Position numbers and translations under genes: made by a program | Part shown: positions 31,748 to 41,983 of the stretch, piece after piece | Layout: every line of letters begins with the position of its first letter | Numbering within the stretch: the first letter of the stretch is position 1 | Notes under the pieces: generated by a model | The model's database searches: none | What the model saw: the letters and a program-made list of their open reading frames with translations, nothing else | What the model was told of the DNA's origin: nothing | NCBI GenBank assembly: GCA_963828465.1 | Contig: CAWHEU010000002.1 | Coordinates: forward strand, 32,001-96,000 | Length of the DNA stretch: 64,000 bases | Reading direction: 5' to 3' | Source: an uncultured Acidobacteriota bacterium | GTDB taxonomy: Bacteria; Actinomycetota; Acidimicrobiia; Spongiisociales; ZC4RG35

Positions 31748-31967
31748 TCAGGCCACCGGTGGGTCGGCAGGCGTCTCTGATCGCCAGGGTGACCGCCACT
31801 CCGCCGCTTCCCAGCCGTCCATGATGTAGATGCGTTCGTGCGGGACCTGGTCACCGCGGAACTCCAGGATGTTCACCGCGAACAATCTCGTGCGAGATGT
31901 CTTCGTCCTTGCCCGAGTACTGCCAGTGGCGTTCGAGGGCTTCCTGCAAAGTGACGTCGTCGAGCAT
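31748..31967 (-). pseudogene. SnoaL/NTF2-like gene with internal deletion
   Basis: MLDDVTLQEALERHWQYSGKDEDISHEI joined out of frame to FAVNILEFRGDQVPHERIYIMDGWEAAEWRSPW. Confidence 0.6.
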
Positions 31968-32066
31968 CGACCCGCTCCTTGTTCGAAGTCTTCCGATGCT
32001 ATCCACGTGATCTGGCGGCCACCTGTCGTCGTAGCTAGCTTCCTCGCAAGTCGACTCGGAGTTCAA

Positions 32067-32626
32067 ATGGCCAGCCAATCCGCCGCCTACTCGCTGGGCT
32101 GGCCGAGATGGGCCCTGATCGTCTTTGGGATCATCTCGATCGTGGCCGGCATCCTCGCCCTCGTCTGGCCGGGGGCGACCATCCTGGTGCTGGTCATTGC
32201 CCTCGGCATCAACATCCTGATCTGGGGCATCCTCCTCGTCGTGAACGCATTCCAAGCCGGCGAAGGCCGGGTACTGGCGGTGATTCTGGGTGTCCTCGCC
32301 TTGATCGCCGGCACCGCGCTCTTCCTCAGGCCGGTGCGCAACCTCGGCTCTGTTGATCATCATCTCCTTCTTTTGGGTCGTCGGCGGGGTCATCGAGTCG
32401 ATCGGGTCCGTCGTCGATCGCGGCCCGGGCTGGGGCTGGGAAATGGTGTCGGGCTTGGCCTCGATCGCCGCCGGCATCATCGCCATCACATGGCCGGATA
32501 TCACCTTGTTCGTCGTCGCCCTCGTCGCCGGGCTCTGGATGATCGTGATCGGATTCATGCGGCTCGTGGCTGCCTTCACCGGTGGGGGAGCCAGCCGAGC
32601 CCCCTTACGTCCTGCAGGTGGCGTAG
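32067..32626 (+). CDS. HdeD/DUF308 family membrane protein (frameshifts)
   Basis: GIISIVAGILALVWPG and GLASIAAGIIAITWPD repeats. Confidence 0.85.
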
Positions 32627-33480
32627 ATGAAGGCCGAGCAACTGACCGAGCCGGTGTGTTATCACGGGGAAGGGCCGGTGTGGTCGGAAGCCTGGGGCGG
32701 CTTGCGCTGGGTGGACATGCTCGATGGCGATGTGATGTCGCTCGGGGCCGACGGATCGGTGGATCGCCGCCACGTCGATAACATCGCCGCTTTGGTCCGG
32801 CCCCGGCGCGGTGGCGGCGCGGTGCTCGCCATCGAGCGTGGGTTCGCCCTCGAGGATCCCGACGGGGCGCTCACCCGGCTCGGTGATGTGTGGAGCAACG
32901 GCGACGTCCGGATGAACGAAGGGGGATGCGATCCCGACGGCCGGTTCTATTGCGGCTCGATGGCCTACGACAAACGTCCGGGCGGCGGCTCGCTTGTATC
33001 GCCTCGATCCGGATGGCGAGGTCACCGTGGTGCTCGAAGGGCGTCACGATCTCCAATGGCCTCGATTGGAGCCCTGACGACTCGGTTGCCTACTACATCG
33101 ACACCCTGACACCTCGAGGTGTCGATGTTCGACTACGACTACAGAGCATGGGTTGACCGGGAGGAGGACGTTCGTCGAGATCACCCCGATGGGGGAGGGC
33201 CCGACGGTCTCGCCGTCGACGAGCAAGGCGGGATCTGGGTGGCCCTGTTCGGCGGGAGCGCTGTTCATCAGTACACAGCCGAAGGGGCGCTGGACGAGGT
33301 GATCGAGGTCGAGGCAAGGCAGGTGACCGCATGCACATTTGGCGGAGCCGGATCTGGATCGGCTCTACATCACCACCTCGCGAGAGAATCTCGAGCCCGA
33401 CGACGATCCGCTGGCCGGCTCGCTGTTCACCGCTAGTGCCTGGCGTTACAGGTCTCCCGGTGCGGGCGTTCGCCGGTTAG
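32627..33480 (+). CDS. SMP-30/gluconolactonase/LRE family protein (frameshifts)
   Basis: GEGPVW, RMNEGGCDPDGRFYCGSM, ISNGLDWSPD, PDGLAVD, TACTFGG. Confidence 0.92.
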
Positions 33481-35238
33481 GCCGCCTCCCCTTCCTCCGC
33501 CCACAGCGAGCGCATCAGCTCCGATCGCTTCAACAGGTCGGGTAGGGCTCCGCGATCCACGATCTTCCCGCCGTCCATGAGCAGGATCTGGTCCGCCCGC
33601 GAGAGTGCGGCACGACGATGGGAGACGACCAGACAGGTCACGTCACGCTGGGTGAGCAGCCGCTGCCACAACTCTGTCTCGGTGTGCACGTCGAGAGCCG
33701 AAGACAGGTCGTCGAACACGAGCAACTCGGCTTCCGTCGCCAACATTCGGGCGGCCGCCGAACGCTGTACCTGGCCCCCGGACAGCTTGACGCCCCTGGC
33801 CCCGACCATTGTCTGCTCGCCCGCCTCGAGGCGTTCCAGATCCGGGTCGAGCACTGCGAGTTGCACCGCTTCGCGGAGCCTTTCGCGGGCGACTCGCTGC
33901 CCCAGCGCGATGTTGTCGGCCAGGGACTCGGAGAAGAGGCGGGGGACCTGGGCGGTGTAGGCGGACCGGGGAGGGACGAAGAACGATGCCGGGTCCTCGA
34001 CGGGCTTCCCATTCCAGAGCAAATCGCCGTCTGCCGGGACGAGACCGAGCAGTGCGCGAACCAGGGTGCTCTTGCCTGAACCGATCTTGCCGGTGACGAC
34101 GGTGAAGGAGCCCCGCTCGACGTCGAAGTCGACGCCCTCGAGACCCTCGCCGCCGTCCGGGAACCAATGACTGAGGCCCCGGACCTCCAGCCGTTGCAGC
34201 GGATCGATACCGATGTCGGGGAGCTCGATGTCGGGGATATCGCCTTCCAGGGATACCCGTTCCCGATCGAGCAGCTCATCATCGGGCGCATCGACGGCAA
34301 GGGCGCGGATTCGCTCGTAGGCGACCCCGGTCCGGCGGTGCTGGGCGATGATGTCCCCCACGAACGCCATGTAGTCGGTCAGCCTGGGCAGATAGGTGAG
34401 GAAGAGGGCCAGATCGAAGATGCTGAACGACCCATCGCTGATCGAGTCGGCGGCGACGATCAGCACGATGGCGACCGTGATGGTCGACATGTTGCGGTTT
34501 GATCCCGCGCAGGATCTCGGTGAGCACCGTGTCGGAGAGGGCCGCCTTGTGCCGGGTCTCGTTCAGAATGTGGAGGCGGTCCAGCACTGGCCGCTCGGCC
34601 GCGCCCAGCTTGATGGCCTGGACACCGGAGAACGTCTCGCCGATGAAGCCGGTCACCTGATCGGTGGCCTGCGCGCATCGCCCTCCTCCGCTTCCGGATC
34701 TGGGGGCTCAGGGCCTGGGTGAGGATCATCGTGAGGACCAGTGGGATGAGGAGGATCGCCGTGAGCCCGGCATCTATCGAAGCCATCACCGCAACAGCTC
34801 CGACGCCGAAGACGACCAGGCCTCCCATGTCCACCCAGTTCTCCATGTACTCGAGGACGTCATCGACGTCGTCGCGGAAGGTGCTCACCGCCTGGCCCGG
34901 GGCCAGCGGGATGACCCGGGAGCCGGGAGCCTCCATCAGCCAGCGGAGCAGGTTGCGCCGAAGCTGGAGAGACTGCTCGATCCAGTGGTTGATCCATTGC
35001 CGGTCGCCGAGCCAGATGATGAGGTTTCGGCCGATGGCGAGCACCGCGAAGGCGATGGCGGGCGCCCATGCGGTCTCGTCCACCGGGCTCCCTTGGGCCA
35101 GTCGGTCGAACACGAGACCGATCAGGATCCCGAACAGCAGACGGAAGCCCGTGGACGAAGGTCCACATGACGAAGCAGAAGAACCACCTGACCCGGCCGA
35201 TAGCGGATCACCTCCCAGACGAGACGCAAGGTGCTCAT
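33477..35238 (-). CDS. ABC exporter, fused permease/ATPase (frameshifts)
   Basis: TMD plus GKIGSGKST, LSGGQ, VFDDLSSALD. Confidence 0.9.
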
Positions 35239-36983
35239 GGCCGGGTGTCTCCCAGGATGTCGCCCCGCCCGGCGGCGAGGAGTGCGGCGTATCGGGTGCT
35301 CGGGTCGGCGGCAAGCGTCTGTCGCGGTCCGTGCTCCACGATCCGGCCGGCATCCACGACCATGATCTCGTCCGCCGTGCGCACCGTCTCCAGACGATGG
35401 GCGATGATCACCACGGTTCGCCCGGCGTAGAGCCTCTCCGTGGCCGTGGCCAGAAGCATCTCGGTGACAGGGTCGAGACCGCGACGAAGGCTCGTCGAGG
35501 ATCACCACTCCGGGGTCCTGCAGGAACACACGGGCGAAGGCGAGGAGCTGCTGCTCCCCAGCCGAGAGGCCCTGGCCCCCGGCGCCGAGCTCGGTGTCCA
35601 GCCCGAGCTGTCCGATCCACGGTCCGAGACCGACCCTCTCGAGAACGTCGAGGATCTCCTCATCCGGCCGCTCGGCGAAGAACGTGAGGTTGTCCCTGAC
35701 CGTTGCCTCGAAGAGTTGTACGTCCTGTGTGACGACACCCACCGACCGACGAAGGGACTCGGAGTGGAGGGTCCGTAGATCGTGGCCGCCCACTCGCACC
35801 ACACCGCGATCCGGGTCATAGAGCCGGGCGATGAGACGGGTGATGGTGGTCTTGCCTCCGCCGGTCCGGCCCAATAGGCCGAGCGACTTGCCCGGGGCCA
35901 GGGTGAAGCTGATCTCCTCGAGGACACCCCGGTCCTCGTATGCAGAACGACACTTGGTCGAACTCGATCGCCAGTGGCCCGGCGGGCACGACCTCAGAAC
36001 CCTCGGCGATCGAGGAGCCGAGATGGCGGAGCTGATCGATCCGGACGATGCCACCTGCCGCTTTCTGCAGCTCCTGGAGCTCCTGAGTCATCTGCTCGAT
36101 GGGTCGCCGCACCAGCTGGACATACTGGAGCAGGAGGAACGCGGTGCCAACCGTGATCGACCCGCTCACAGTGAGCCATACCCCGACCAGCAGGGCCAAG
36201 GCATCGCCGGTCCAGAAGGCGGTGTTGGCCGAGACCCAGACCAGGATTCGCTTCCGCCACGCATTGGTGGTGCGGGTGTAGAAGTCCCGCATCACCGGGA
36301 TGAAACGGGTCATCGTGAATCTGCCGGCTCCGAGCGAGCGAATGTCGTCGACCCCGGCCAGGCGCTCCTCGATGAACCCGTAGAGACGGGCCGAGGTCTC
36401 CCGTTCCTCCTCGGCGGCGGCAACCGCCACCTTGCGCAGGCGGATGAGGAAGAGGACGACCGCGATCACGTAGAGCGTGATGGTCAGGCCCATCGCCGGC
36501 GACTCGAACCAGCAGACGATGACGACCCCTGTGAGCAGGACTCCGGCGGCGATCAACCTGCACCAGGAAACGGGAGATGAACTCGGAGATCGCGGTGACA
36601 TCGCCGTCGACGCGTTCGATCATCTCCCCTGGGGTGGTGTCGTTGTGGAACCCCATGTCGAGGGAGAACAGATGTGAGGTCAACTCCTCGCGTAGACGGT
36701 TGGTGGCGCTCCAGCCGATGTCTGTGCCCAGGTAGGAGGCGCCCGGCGTCGAGCAACTGGTTGAGGATCCCGGCGATCAGGTAGGCGATGCCGGCGGTGG
36801 TGAGACTTGCGACGGCCGACCCCGCCATGAGCAGAGTCGATGAAGTCGGCGCAGGATGAGGGGGATGACCAGCTGGAGGCCGATCGAGCCCGATAGGAGC
36901 AGCATGAGCACGACGACTCGACCCCGGTGCGGGCGGAGGTAGGTCGACAGCGTGGCGCGATAGGACGGTGACGAGGCAGTCAT
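35235..36983 (-). CDS. ABC exporter, fused permease/ATPase, heterodimer partner (frameshifts)
   Basis: PGEMIERVDGDV, GRTGGGKTT, LSAGEQQ, ILDEPSS, IAHRL. Confidence 0.9.
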
Positions 36984-37046
36984 GGGCAGGGTCAGACGGT
37001 ATCTGTCCCAACCCGTTTATCCGGGTGGATTTTCGATGTCCGACCT

Positions 37047-37511
37047 TCAAGGTCGTTGCTTGACCCCGGCCTTCAACAACTCAACGGTCTCGGCGATGCG
37101 GGCCGCCCTCATCTCGGGGCTGCGCTTGGTGGAGTCGATCCATCGCAGGTAGGCCTTGCGATAGAACTGGGCCAGGGAATCGAAGAACGCGCCCGCCTCA
37201 GGCTCTGCCTCGAGGGCGGCGGCGAAGTCGGGGGCCAGATCGTCCCGCTGCGGCCCTTCGGGGGCAAGGGCTACGACCACTTCGTCTCCGGCCGCTATCC
37301 CGCAATCACGGCGCCAGGCCGGTCCAAGGAGGATGCCGTACCCGTCGCCCAGCGGTTCGATCGAGGCCCGCACGCCCATCCCGTTGACCGTGCCCGCGAC
37401 ACGGTGCTCCGGCTTGGCGCCCCATACGTGATCGGGGTCGAATGGGACGGGGACCATCACCCGACCTCTGGAATCGGCCGTCACCACCGTGGTGTACCGC
37501 TGCGTCTTCAT
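37047..37511 (-). CDS. YdeI/OmpD-associated (DUF1905 + OmdA) family protein
   Basis: VAGTVNG, PDFAAAL..AFFDSLA..YLRWIDSTK..RAARI. Confidence 0.85.
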   Translation of the reverse strand: MKTQRYTTVVTADSRGRVMVPVPFDPDHVWGAKPEHRVAGTVNGMGVRASIEPLGDGYGILLGPAWRRDCGIAAGDEVVVALAPEGPQRDDLAPDFAAALEAEPEAGAFFDSLAQFYRKAYLRWIDSTKRSPEMRAARIAETVELLKAGVKQRP

Positions 37512-37527
37512 GTTGCCGTCCGATTCT

Positions 37528-38167
37528 TCAACCTGACACCGTCGGGTGCAAGATCGGGCTGTATCCGTTGGCCAGGGCGGCGACGGAGGTCGGTGGAGTC
37601 AGCACGTCGACTTGACCGCCCCTTGGTCGCGGGACTGGCTCGCTCCATCCGCCGAAAGTGAAACGCGGCAAGCGGTCCTCCAATACCAGTCTCGGGACTT
37701 GGTGTTCATCGACGATCACCGTGCCAACAGGCAGCCGATCGATCGTCTCGGTCCACAGCATCCGATCTGGAGCGCGATCGAGGCCGCGGCCCGCGGTGAA
37801 GCCGTTCCCGACCCAACCGCCGGTTCATGTCGCCGGCAGACAACGAAGTACTCGATCCATCGGCCCTGGTCACGGCATCCCGGTATTCCAAATAGGCCTG
37901 GCGTCGGCAGAGGCCGCAAGGACGGTGTCCCGCGGCCAACGCGTCCGCATCGTCGAGGAAGAACAGCGGTGTCCAGGTGCTGGCCCGCTCGAGTGGGTGC
38001 CTCCATCCCTGGTACTCGAGGAGACAGATGATCCAGAGCGGGCCACGATGATGGCGGGCGAGACGGCCCCGATCATCGACCAGACAGCCCCGATTGCCGG
38101 TGAACAGTCCTCGCTCGGGGACGGCATGGAGGTCGCCCCAGGGGTCGACACGGTTACGCCGCGGCAT
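37528..38167 (-). CDS. Conserved hypothetical protein with Ada-like CxxC motif (frameshift near 37770)
   Basis: RNRVDPWG, RGLFTGNRG, LFFLDDADALAAGHRPCGLCRR, LPVGTVI, VLTPPTSVAALANGYSP. Confidence 0.75.
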
Positions 38168-38176
38168 CGGGAGAGT

Positions 38177-38220
38177 CCCCCTCCCCGGCTGCGCCGGTAC
38201 TCCCCCTGCAGGGGGAGAAA
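38177..38220 (-). repeat. REP-like double-hairpin repeat, copy B
   Basis: TTTCTCCCCCTGCAGGGGGAG-TA-CCGGC-GCA-GCCGG-GGAGGGGG. Confidence 0.85.
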
Positions 38221-39250
38221 TTCGATGACGGTCTTCACATCGTCTGGCTGAGGGGTATAAGCCTCCTTCCAGTCCTCTAGCGAGACCCGCCGATTGACCA
38301 CGCGTTCCAACCAGGACTGGTCAGATCGGGCCAGCATTCGAGCTGCCTCTTCGTAGTGTCTGCGGTTGGCGTTGACGGTCCCGAAGACGATTCGGTTCTC
38401 GAGCACCATGGCCCGGGCGATATCGCTGGCCACGGTGACCTGATGCCCCTCGTCGGTGACCCCGGCGAGACAGACGATCCCGTTGGGTTTGGTCACACCG
38501 GCCACGGCCACCATCAGGTTGGCATCCCCGGTGCACTCCACCACCACGTCGTAGTCCTCTCCCATCGAGTCGCCGTCCTCGTGGTACACCGCCCCCAGGT
38601 CACGGACCAGATCCGGTTTGGGCCCATCGCTGGCCCGGTCGAGAACATGAACCTCTCCGCCCAGCCGGGTAGCGAAGAGAGTGGCCAGGAGGCCGATCGG
38701 GCCTGCCCCCGTCACCAACATTCTCTCGGGTGCCCACTGTCCGACGACTCCCGAGATGGATGATGTGCTCCCAGGCCTTGGCCACCACGCTGGCTGGCTC
38801 CACCAGGACGCCAAGGTGCCCGAGGTCCGAGCTCACCTTCACCGCGAAGTCGACAGGAAGCGACAGTTTCTCTGCGGTGTAGCCGTCCAGACCCCTGATC
38901 CCGGCCTCGGTGAAACGGCCGTTGCGGCACATGTCCCATTCCCCGGCAGCGCAGTTGGTGCACGGGACCGGGTCGGGGCGGCGCACGATCGGCGCCACCA
39001 GATCTCGCGGTGCGAAGTCGCTTCCCGGCGGGGCGGTTAACACTCGGCCCAGGGCTTCATGACCCAACACCAACCGGTCACGACCAGGTGCTGGGTAGCC
39101 GAGATCCCCTTCCAGGATCTCGTGGTCGGTACCGCAGATCCCGGCCACGACCATCTCGACCAGGAGCTCAAGAGGACCAGGCTCGGGGTCGGCCACCTCA
39201 TCGAGTCGGAGAGACTCGGGATCCCCCGGGACCACGGTGATGGCCTTCAC
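38218..39250 (-). CDS. Zn-dependent glucose 1-dehydrogenase (frameshift near 38755; no stop before repeat B)
   Basis: GICGTD, LGHE, VRRPDPVPC..C..GEWDMC, GAGPIG, DDVKTVIEF. Confidence 0.88.
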
Positions 39251-41064
39251 GAATCGGAAGCCCGGTCCCGAGCAGGGCCGCCCTTGCCCTCAGCCCGCAG
39301 GTTGTAGGCGGAGTCGATCAACCCGAGATGGCTGTACGCCTGCGGGAAATTGCCCAGCATCCTCTGCGAGATCGGGTCGTACTGCTCGGAGAGCAGGCCG
39401 ACGTCGTTCCGGAGCCCGAGCAGATGCTCAAACCTTCGACGAGCCTCGTCGTGATTCCCGGCCATCGCGAGCGCATCGACCATCCAGAACGAGCAGAGGA
39501 GGAAGGCCCCTTCGCCCCCCGGCAGCCCGTCGTCGGCCTCATCCGTGTCATAACGGCGAATCAGTGTGTCGTCGATCGAGAGCTCGCGCTGGATGGCCTC
39601 GATCGTGCCCAGGACACGCTCTTCGGTTGGAGGGAGAAACCCGACCTGGGGTATGAGCAGTAGAGATGCGTCCAGGGCTGTCGATCCGTAGGACTGCGTG
39701 AACGTGTTGCGGTCAGGGTCAAAGCCGCGCTGCTCGATCTCCGCTCTTATGTCCTCGCGGCGCTCACGCCAGCGACCCACCGGCCCATCGAAGGTCCATT
39801 GCTCGACACACTTGACGGCCCGGTCGAAGGCGACCCAGGCCATGAGCCGGGAATGGGTGAAGTGCCTCGGGTCGCCCCGCACCTCCCAGAGCCCGTGATC
39901 GGGCTCGGACCATTTGCCCTCCAAGTGCTCGAGGAGCAACTGCTGCAGGTCCCAGATCGTCTCCTCGTGGTCCATCCCCATCCGCCGGGCCATGTAGATC
40001 GCATCCATCAGCTCCCCGTAGACATCGACCTGGATCTGCTGGTGGGCGGCGTTGCCGGTACGAACCGGTCGGGAGCCTTGATACCCGGCGAGCCAATCCA
40101 GCTCCAGCTCCGGCATGCGGCGCTCGCCGGCCACCCCGTACATGATCTGGAGGTCCTTCGGGTCGCCGGCTACCGCCCGGAGCAGCCAGTCCCTCCAGGC
40201 GAGAGCCTCACGTTGGTGCCCAGCCATCATCAGTGTCTGCAAGGTGAAAGTGGCGTCACGTACCCAGACGAACCGGTAGTCCCAGTTGCGCACCCCGCCT
40301 ATGTGCTCGGGGAGGGAGGTGGTTGGGGCGGCGACAATGCCGCCGGTAGGGGCATACGTGAGGGCCTTGAGGGTGATGAGTGACCGATCGACTGCTTCCT
40401 CCCACTCTCCGTCGTAGGTGTTCGCGTCGGTCCACTCTCGCCACCACTTCTCGGTGTCCTCCAGCGCACTCTCGGCGTCGACATCCGGCGGGGCGGGTCG
40501 GTGAGACGGGTGCCAGGTGAGCACGAACGGGACTCGATCGCCCTCCGAAACCGCGAACTCCGCCACCGTGCTCAGGTTCTCGCCATGGATTTCGACAGGC
40601 GTCGCCAGGGTGAGTGCGTCCGGGCCGCCGACGGCTGCCAAACTTTCACCCGACTGGGTGACCCAGGGCACGAGATGGCCGTAGTCGAAGCGGATGGTCA
40701 GGTCCATCCGCATCATGACACGACCCGAAACACCCTCCACGATGCGGACCACGTCTGCGTTGTTGCCACCTTCGCGGCCCCGGACCGGCATAAGGTCGAT
40801 GAGCCGGACCCTCCCCCCGTCGGCCTCCATCTCGGTTTCCAGGATCAGCGTCCCGGGGCGGTAGTTCCGCGTTACCCGCTTCGCGCCACCCGCCGGGGAG
40901 ATGCGCCATCGACCGTTTTCCTCACTCCCGAGCAACGCGCCGAGGCAGGCACCCGAGTCGAAGCGGGGGAGACAGAGCCAGTCGATCGATCCGTCGTTGG
41001 CAACTAGCGCAGCAGTCTCTGTGTCGCCTATGACCGCATAGCCCTCGATTGGCGTGCTCACCAC
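39247..41064 (-). CDS. Glycoside hydrolase family 15 (trehalase/glucoamylase-like)
   Basis: IDWLCLPRFDS, AAPTTSLPE..RNWDYR, GLWEVRG, EGAFLLCSFW, GNFPQAYSH. Confidence 0.95.
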   Translation of the reverse strand: MVSTPIEGYAVIGDTETAALVANDGSIDWLCLPRFDSGACLGALLGSEENGRWRISPAGGAKRVTRNYRPGTLILETEMEADGGRVRLIDLMPVRGREGGNNADVVRIVEGVSGRVMMRMDLTIRFDYGHLVPWVTQSGESLAAVGGPDALTLATPVEIHGENLSTVAEFAVSEGDRVPFVLTWHPSHRPAPPDVDAESALEDTEKWWREWTDANTYDGEWEEAVDRSLITLKALTYAPTGGIVAAPTTSLPEHIGGVRNWDYRFVWVRDATFTLQTLMMAGHQREALAWRDWLLRAVAGDPKDLQIMYGVAGERRMPELELDWLAGYQGSRPVRTGNAAHQQIQVDVYGELMDAIYMARRMGMDHEETIWDLQQLLLEHLEGKWSEPDHGLWEVRGDPRHFTHSRLMAWVAFDRAVKCVEQWTFDGPVGRWRERREDIRAEIEQRGFDPDRNTFTQSYGSTALDASLLLIPQVGFLPPTEERVLGTIEAIQRELSIDDTLIRRYDTDEADDGLPGGEGAFLLCSFWMVDALAMAGNHDEARRRFEHLLGLRNDVGLLSEQYDPISQRMLGNFPQAYSHLGLIDSAYNLRAEGKGGPARDRASDS

Positions 41065-41073
41065 ATGTTCCCG

Positions 41074-41469
41074 CTAGAGCGCGCCCCAATCGGCGGGCGG
41101 GTCGAGGAGGCCCTGGGCGAACTCGTAATACTCATCGAGGCTCCGGCAACGCCCGTCGTCATCAAAGGTGAGAAGGAGAGATCCGACCAGGGTGACCTCC
41201 TCTCCCGAATTCTCCATGGTGGTCCAGAACTCGACCGCGGCTCGGGGGCCGTCGACGACCGGCCGTCCCATGGTCACGTGGACCTCGGCCTGGGTGGCGG
41301 TCACCTCGCTCCAGTAGGCCCTGACTCCGTCCCGCCCGACGTGGGGCTCGTCGAAGATGAATGAGCGATAGGTAGCGTCCTCGGCGAAGAGATCGGCGGC
41401 TGCCTCCGCGTCCATCTCCACCCAGGCTCGTGCGTAGCTCTCCGCCCACGTCGCGACGTCGATCGTCAT
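41074..41469 (-). CDS. SnoaL/NTF2-like protein
   Basis: YARAW..ADLFAEDATY, GRDGVRAYW, FDDDGRC. Confidence 0.85.
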   Translation of the reverse strand: MTIDVATWAESYARAWVEMDAEAAADLFAEDATYRSFIFDEPHVGRDGVRAYWSEVTATQAEVHVTMGRPVVDGPRAAVEFWTTMENSGEEVTLVGSLLLTFDDDGRCRSLDEYYEFAQGLLDPPADWGAL

Positions 41470-41503
41470 GGCTGGTCTCCTCGTAGAACGTAAAACGTGA
41501 ACG

Positions 41504-41983
41504 CTATCTCTCCGACATCTCGGTCAGATCGGCTTCCAGCAGATCCCGGTCCCCGGGGTCCTCGATCTCGAGCAACTTCTCCTTGGCCGCCTCCAAGTGC
41601 TCGGTGAACATGTCGATGTCGTCGACATCGGCGGCGGCACGGGCGATTGCCTCATGTGCGAACCCTGTGACAAAAGGGTCGAGGCCGTTGTCGAGGCAAA
41701 GGGCCAATGAGCGCTCGCCGAAGCGGAGTGCGAGATCGGCGTAGCCAAGGACGGCGGCGACGCGCGAGATCTGCCAATCGGAAATCGCCTGGTGGCGAGG
41801 CGTCCCGACCTCGTACCAGTGATAGCGCTGGGCGAACGTCGCGGCCAGCATCTCTTCTTCCTGTTCACGTGTGGGATCGGCGGTGTCGAGGAGTGCCCAC
41901 GCCTCATTGAAAGCGATCGGGGCAAAGGTGCGGTGCCACTCCTGGAGGTCGGCCGCATCGGGCTTTTCGACAGGATCCGTCAT
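41504..41983 (-). CDS. Conserved hypothetical helical protein
   Basis: HRTFA..FNEAWALL, RYHW, WQISRV, FAHEAIARA; ATGA overlap with upstream gene. Confidence 0.7.
   Translation of the reverse strand: MTDPVEKPDAADLQEWHRTFAPIAFNEAWALLDTADPTREQEEEMLAATFAQRYHWYEVGTPRHQAISDWQISRVAAVLGYADLALRFGERSLALCLDNGLDPFVTGFAHEAIARAAADVDDIDMFTEHLEAAKEKLLEIEDPGDRDLLEADLTEMSER

Noticed and set aside
41486-41506. GAACGTAAAACGTGAACGCT short repeats, possible SOS box
   Set aside because: Does not fit GAAC-N4-GTTC and is too short to support a call
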